Source: an uncultured virus (IMG/VR IMGVR_UViG_2061766007_000494) (lineage: Duplodnaviria > Heunggongvirae > Uroviricota > Caudoviricetes). Taken from it: a stretch of 27,769 nucleotides of DNA. The notes under the pieces are model-generated. The model had not been told where the DNA came from and ran no database searches. It worked only from the letters and a program-made list of their open reading frames with translations. This document shows, one piece after another, positions 24,363 through 27,769 of the stretch. The translations under genes were made by a program, and so were the position numbers. The stretch lies in the IMG/VR virus record IMGVR_UViG_2061766007_000494; one strand, 5' to 3'. How positions within the stretch are numbered: position 1 is the stretch's first letter; the number at the start of each line of letters is the position of its first letter.

Positions 24363-26366
24363 ATGGGAAGAAGAAAAACATTGGTATGCCCGGATGACGC
24401 AAGCGTATCGGATGGAGTGCTGATACTTCATTCAAGTTGGAATGGGGATATCTTCACGGCCAACAATGCGTATATCACTTTCACGGGGAATGTGCCGTTC
24501 TATATCGAATTCGGGGCATATATGTTTGACGGGCGGGTAGAAATGTCCACGGATAAAAACACGTGGGTCACTTTTTACAACGGTTATTCGGAAGAGTATT
24601 CAGATTACCCGCACATGGAAAGCGGCGAAGGAAAGTGTATCTACGTTCGGGGAACGGGAAATACAATATTCAGCAATCTAGGGAATTTGTGGGGTGACTG
24701 GCTGGCTGGGTTCTATTTTGCCCAAGTGGATTATGACCCTGAACATCCCCTTACAGTGGAGTGTTCCGGCAACATTGAAAACCTGCTGGACTATCAAACG
24801 GTTCTTACCGGAGAACATCCGGTGATGGGCGAACAGTGCTTCTATCAAACATTTTATGCCTGCGACAAACTCACGAAAGCGCCAAAGCTTCAAAGCACCA
24901 TGCTTTCCACTGGCTGCTATGAAGAAATGTTCGCGTATTCCGCTGTGACCGAAGCCCCGGAGCTTCCCGCGCTGGTGTGTGCCGAACGGTGCTACGAGAA
25001 CATGTTCAAGTCTTGTACGGATTTGGTTTCTCCTCCGGTACTCCCGGCTACAAGCCTTGCGGAGAATTGCTATGCTAAAATGTTCGACGGTTGTACTTCT
25101 CTGGAGTCTGCGCCTGAACTACCGGCAGTATCGTTGGGAGCTGGCTGTTATTACAGAATGTTCGCTGGCTGTGAGAGTCTAACTGAGCCTCCTGTGATTG
25201 ATGCGACAACGCTTGCTGGGGATGGGTATGATACTGGCGGCTGTTGTGAGGAAATGTTCGCCGGGAGTGGAGTAACCAGCTCTCCTGAACTCTTGGCAAC
25301 CGTGCTGACGCCAGTTTGCTATAAGTCTATGTTTTACGAATGCGAAGACTTGACCTCTGCTGGCGGAATCATGGCGATAAACGCAATTGATTATTGTGAA
25401 TATAGCTGTGAAAGAATGTTCTATGGATGCACTTCTCTGGTTACGCCTCCTACTTTACCGATAGTCGAAGAGGTGGCTTCCGGGTGTTTTGCAAGCATGT
25501 TTGAAGGATGCACCAGCTTGGCAACTGCCCCGTCTCTCCCGGCAAAAACAGTCGGGACATGCGGCTATATGAATATGTTCAAGGGTTGTGTTTCTCTTGA
25601 AACGCCGCCGGTACTTCCTGCGGGCACGTTAAACGATGCTTGCTATTATGGAATGTTCGAGGGATGTACCTCACTTTCGTCTCTTCCTGTACTCCCGGCA
25701 ACAGACATACCCGGTAATTCGGGGGATGGAGCTTATGAACGTATGTTCTATGGCTGTTCGTCTATTATGCTGTCTACTACTAAGACCGGGAACTATACGA
25801 AAGCATATAGAATCCCTGATAATGGAGAGGCTTATGGTAGCGGTTGCAGAGATATGTTCACAAATACAGGCGGAAGTTTTCGGGGGACTCCTAGTATTGA
25901 GACCACATATTATACGAGTAATAATATCGTTCCTGAATATGTTTGGTGGACGGCGGATACATATTATCTTATATATCAGCATGGCGTGTTCGGAACAAGC
26001 GACAGTGAAAGGGCACCGGCATCCAAGACCGCTGACGGTATGGCTATCGGGTATTATGTTGGTAGTTTTGAAGTCGAAGGTTATCCTGACGAGGCTTGGG
26101 ATGGGTTCGTGCTGATATCCACAACTCCGGCAAATGCACAGTTTTCTATGGGGAATTACCAGCCGGTAGAGAATACGCATCAATATTTAGGCGCAACGTG
26201 GTACAGCTACTTTGGGATGCAATCTCCACAACATGGCGGAGGAAGCTACTATAATACCGATTTGAATACGTATTGGTTTAGCGTTGATACAATACCGGCA
26301 AACGGGAAACTCCCTGATGCGGAGTTCCAAGATATGATGTCGGAAGCAGATGTCAGAGCAAAATAG
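24363..26366 (+). CDS. Cys-rich leucine-rich-repeat (BspA-like) protein in the tail-fibre region
   Basis: About 12 tandem repeats of roughly 24-30 aa, consensus LPA..L...CY..MF.GCTSL...P, at about 24830-25780. ATG 24363 behind GAGG, or GTG 24351. Confidence 0.8.
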   Translation: MGRRKTLVCPDDASVSDGVLILHSSWNGDIFTANNAYITFTGNVPFYIEFGAYMFDGRVEMSTDKNTWVTFYNGYSEEYSDYPHMESGEGKCIYVRGTGNTIFSNLGNLWGDWLAGFYFAQVDYDPEHPLTVECSGNIENLLDYQTVLTGEHPVMGEQCFYQTFYACDKLTKAPKLQSTMLSTGCYEEMFAYSAVTEAPELPALVCAERCYENMFKSCTDLVSPPVLPATSLAENCYAKMFDGCTSLESAPELPAVSLGAGCYYRMFAGCESLTEPPVIDATTLAGDGYDTGGCCEEMFAGSGVTSSPELLATVLTPVCYKSMFYECEDLTSAGGIMAINAIDYCEYSCERMFYGCTSLVTPPTLPIVEEVASGCFASMFEGCTSLATAPSLPAKTVGTCGYMNMFKGCVSLETPPVLPAGTLNDACYYGMFEGCTSLSSLPVLPATDIPGNSGDGAYERMFYGCSSIMLSTTKTGNYTKAYRIPDNGEAYGSGCRDMFTNTGGSFRGTPSIETTYYTSNNIVPEYVWWTADTYYLIYQHGVFGTSDSERAPASKTADGMAIGYYVGSFEVEGYPDEAWDGFVLISTTPANAQFSMGNYQPVENTHQYLGATWYSYFGMQSPQHGGGSYYNTDLNTYWFSVDTIPANGKLPDAEFQDMMSEADVRAK

Positions 26367-26389
26367 CGAAAATTTGAGGAGGCCGTGAT

Positions 26390-27769
26390 ATGGCGTATAC
26401 GACTACTTTAACGGATGCAGGAAAGGAAATGCTCCGTGCTGTCCTCTTGAATGAGGGCGGCATTATTTTTACCTCCTTGATGGTGGGGAGCGGAACGCCA
26501 CCCGCTGACGCTTCGGGATTGACAGCGCTTGTAAACCCGGTTATGTCTGCGGGGATTACTTCTCTGGAACGTGGGAGCGGGTACTTCGCAAGAATCGTGG
26601 CAACGCTTCACAACAACAATGTCCTAGTTCGTTTTGATGTGACGGAATTGGGGCTTTATGCGAAAGACAGCGATGAAGGAACGCCTATTCTGTATGCATA
26701 TGTAGGTATTACGGCGGGTGACGGTGGTTCCGTGCCTCCCGGAGCGAATATTCTGATTGAGCGTGATTACACAATCAATGTGTTTGTCGGTGATGCAGAA
26801 GCATCCGCAACGGTTACCTCAGACCAAGCAGCTACTCTCGGAGACCTTAATGCCCATAACCTTTCCGATTCTGCCCATGAGGTTCGATTTGTAACCAAGC
26901 AGGATAGGACAGACCTTCTAACAGCATCTAACGATGTTGCTGATGCTGATTATGTTCCTTTCTATGATGTGAGTGCAAATGTCCATAGGAAATCTACCTT
27001 GTCGAATCTGTTCCGGTATATAAAGAACAAAATCACCCTGACCGCTGCGGATATGCCGCTTATCCCCGTGAATAAGGGTGGTACAGGGCGCTCTAATCTT
27101 ACACTGAATGCGGTTCTCTTGGGCAATGGAACGGCGGAAGTCACTATGCGCGGAACTTCTTCCGGCGCTTTCTATGCTACGGGGAATAACGCAAGCCCTT
27201 CCTTTGGTACGCTTCCTGTCGCCCAAGGCGGCACGGGAAATACAGCAGGGTATATTCGTGCCGGATTGGTCAGCGGAGGCGCAGCGGGTTCCAGAGCCAC
27301 GTCAGAGGGCATAAATACCTTGTGTTCAGGCGACAACTCTCATGCAGAGGGGAATACGTCTGTGTCCTTCGGTAATAACTCTCATGCTGAGGGTCTTGGG
27401 ACGATAGCAAATTCCCGCTCTCAGCATGTGGTAGGCGAGTACAACGTAGCAGAAACGCAGAACAAAACGGGCAGAGGTTCGTATGCTGAGGTTGTCGGAA
27501 ATGGAACCGCTTCAGCCCGTTCCAATGCCCGGACGCTGGATTGGAGCGGCAATGAATCGCTGGCGGGAAACCTTTATCCGATGGTGAACAATTCTAAGGA
27601 TATCGGTTCATCTGCTAAGAAATGGCGGAATATCTTTGTGACTACGCTCAATGGCGCTTTGGCGAAGAAAGCGACGTTTAATAACAGCGGTTCAGGTGTT
27701 GCTTCCGGTACGGCGTTTGACGGAAGTGCGGATATGGTGGTGAGCTATAATACTGTCGGAGCTGCGGCA
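26390..27769 (+). CDS. tail fibre protein, 3'-truncated (absent from the ORF track)
   Basis: GAGGAGG then ATG 26390, open to the window end: MAYTTTLTDAGKEML...FDVTELGLYAKD...ILYAY (baseplate-anchoring domain), HNLSDSAH, two PV..GGTG motifs, SHAEG repeats and ARSNARTLDWSGN. Confidence 0.9.
   Translation, partial: MAYTTTLTDAGKEMLRAVLLNEGGIIFTSLMVGSGTPPADASGLTALVNPVMSAGITSLERGSGYFARIVATLHNNNVLVRFDVTELGLYAKDSDEGTPILYAYVGITAGDGGSVPPGANILIERDYTINVFVGDAEASATVTSDQAATLGDLNAHNLSDSAHEVRFVTKQDRTDLLTASNDVADADYVPFYDVSANVHRKSTLSNLFRYIKNKITLTAADMPLIPVNKGGTGRSNLTLNAVLLGNGTAEVTMRGTSSGAFYATGNNASPSFGTLPVAQGGTGNTAGYIRAGLVSGGAAGSRATSEGINTLCSGDNSHAEGNTSVSFGNNSHAEGLGTIANSRSQHVVGEYNVAETQNKTGRGSYAEVVGNGTASARSNARTLDWSGNESLAGNLYPMVNNSKDIGSSAKKWRNIFVTTLNGALAKKATFNNSGSGVASGTAFDGSADMVVSYNTVGAAA

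Noticed and set aside
24830..25780. Diversity-generating retroelement target
   Set aside because: No reverse transcriptase and no near-identical template/variable repeat pair differing at adenines was seen in this window.
1..27769. Genome-wide stop-codon reassignment
   Set aside because: The standard code gives dense gene tiling, and TAA, TGA and TAG all end genes directly before the next RBS or start.

Overview
The whole window is one + strand virion-morphogenesis region of a contractile-tailed (myovirus-type) phage or prophage. Strong GGAGG ribosome-binding sites, a TGTG extended -10 promoter and a CHAP domain on the baseplate hub suggest a Bacillota/Clostridia-like host (inference). Gene order: end of a Nudix-domain ORF (probably the portal tail), MuF minor head protein, an accessory block, DUF2213-type prohead protease/scaffold, decoration protein, major capsid, neck, sheath, tube, tail chaperone with a -1 frameshift, tape measure, two Dit-like paralogs, CHAP-hub, spike, PAAR, wedge/J proteins, a Cys-rich LRR protein and a truncated tail fibre. 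The most interesting part is about 1-7000. MuF there is short and carries no toxin. Three stand-alone proteins follow it: one of unknown function, an ADP-ribosyltransferase and a HEXXH metallopeptidase. They share an N-terminal basic helix that also appears in the scaffold, followed by an [R/H]-x-D site. Small ORFs are interleaved; two are paralogs, and two have their own near-consensus sigma-70 promoters sharing a 17-bp box. This looks like a capsid-loaded effector/immunity array using a scaffold-like packaging tag. All family names come from motif and synteny recognition, not from database searches. Three short N gaps cause artefactual frameshifts.
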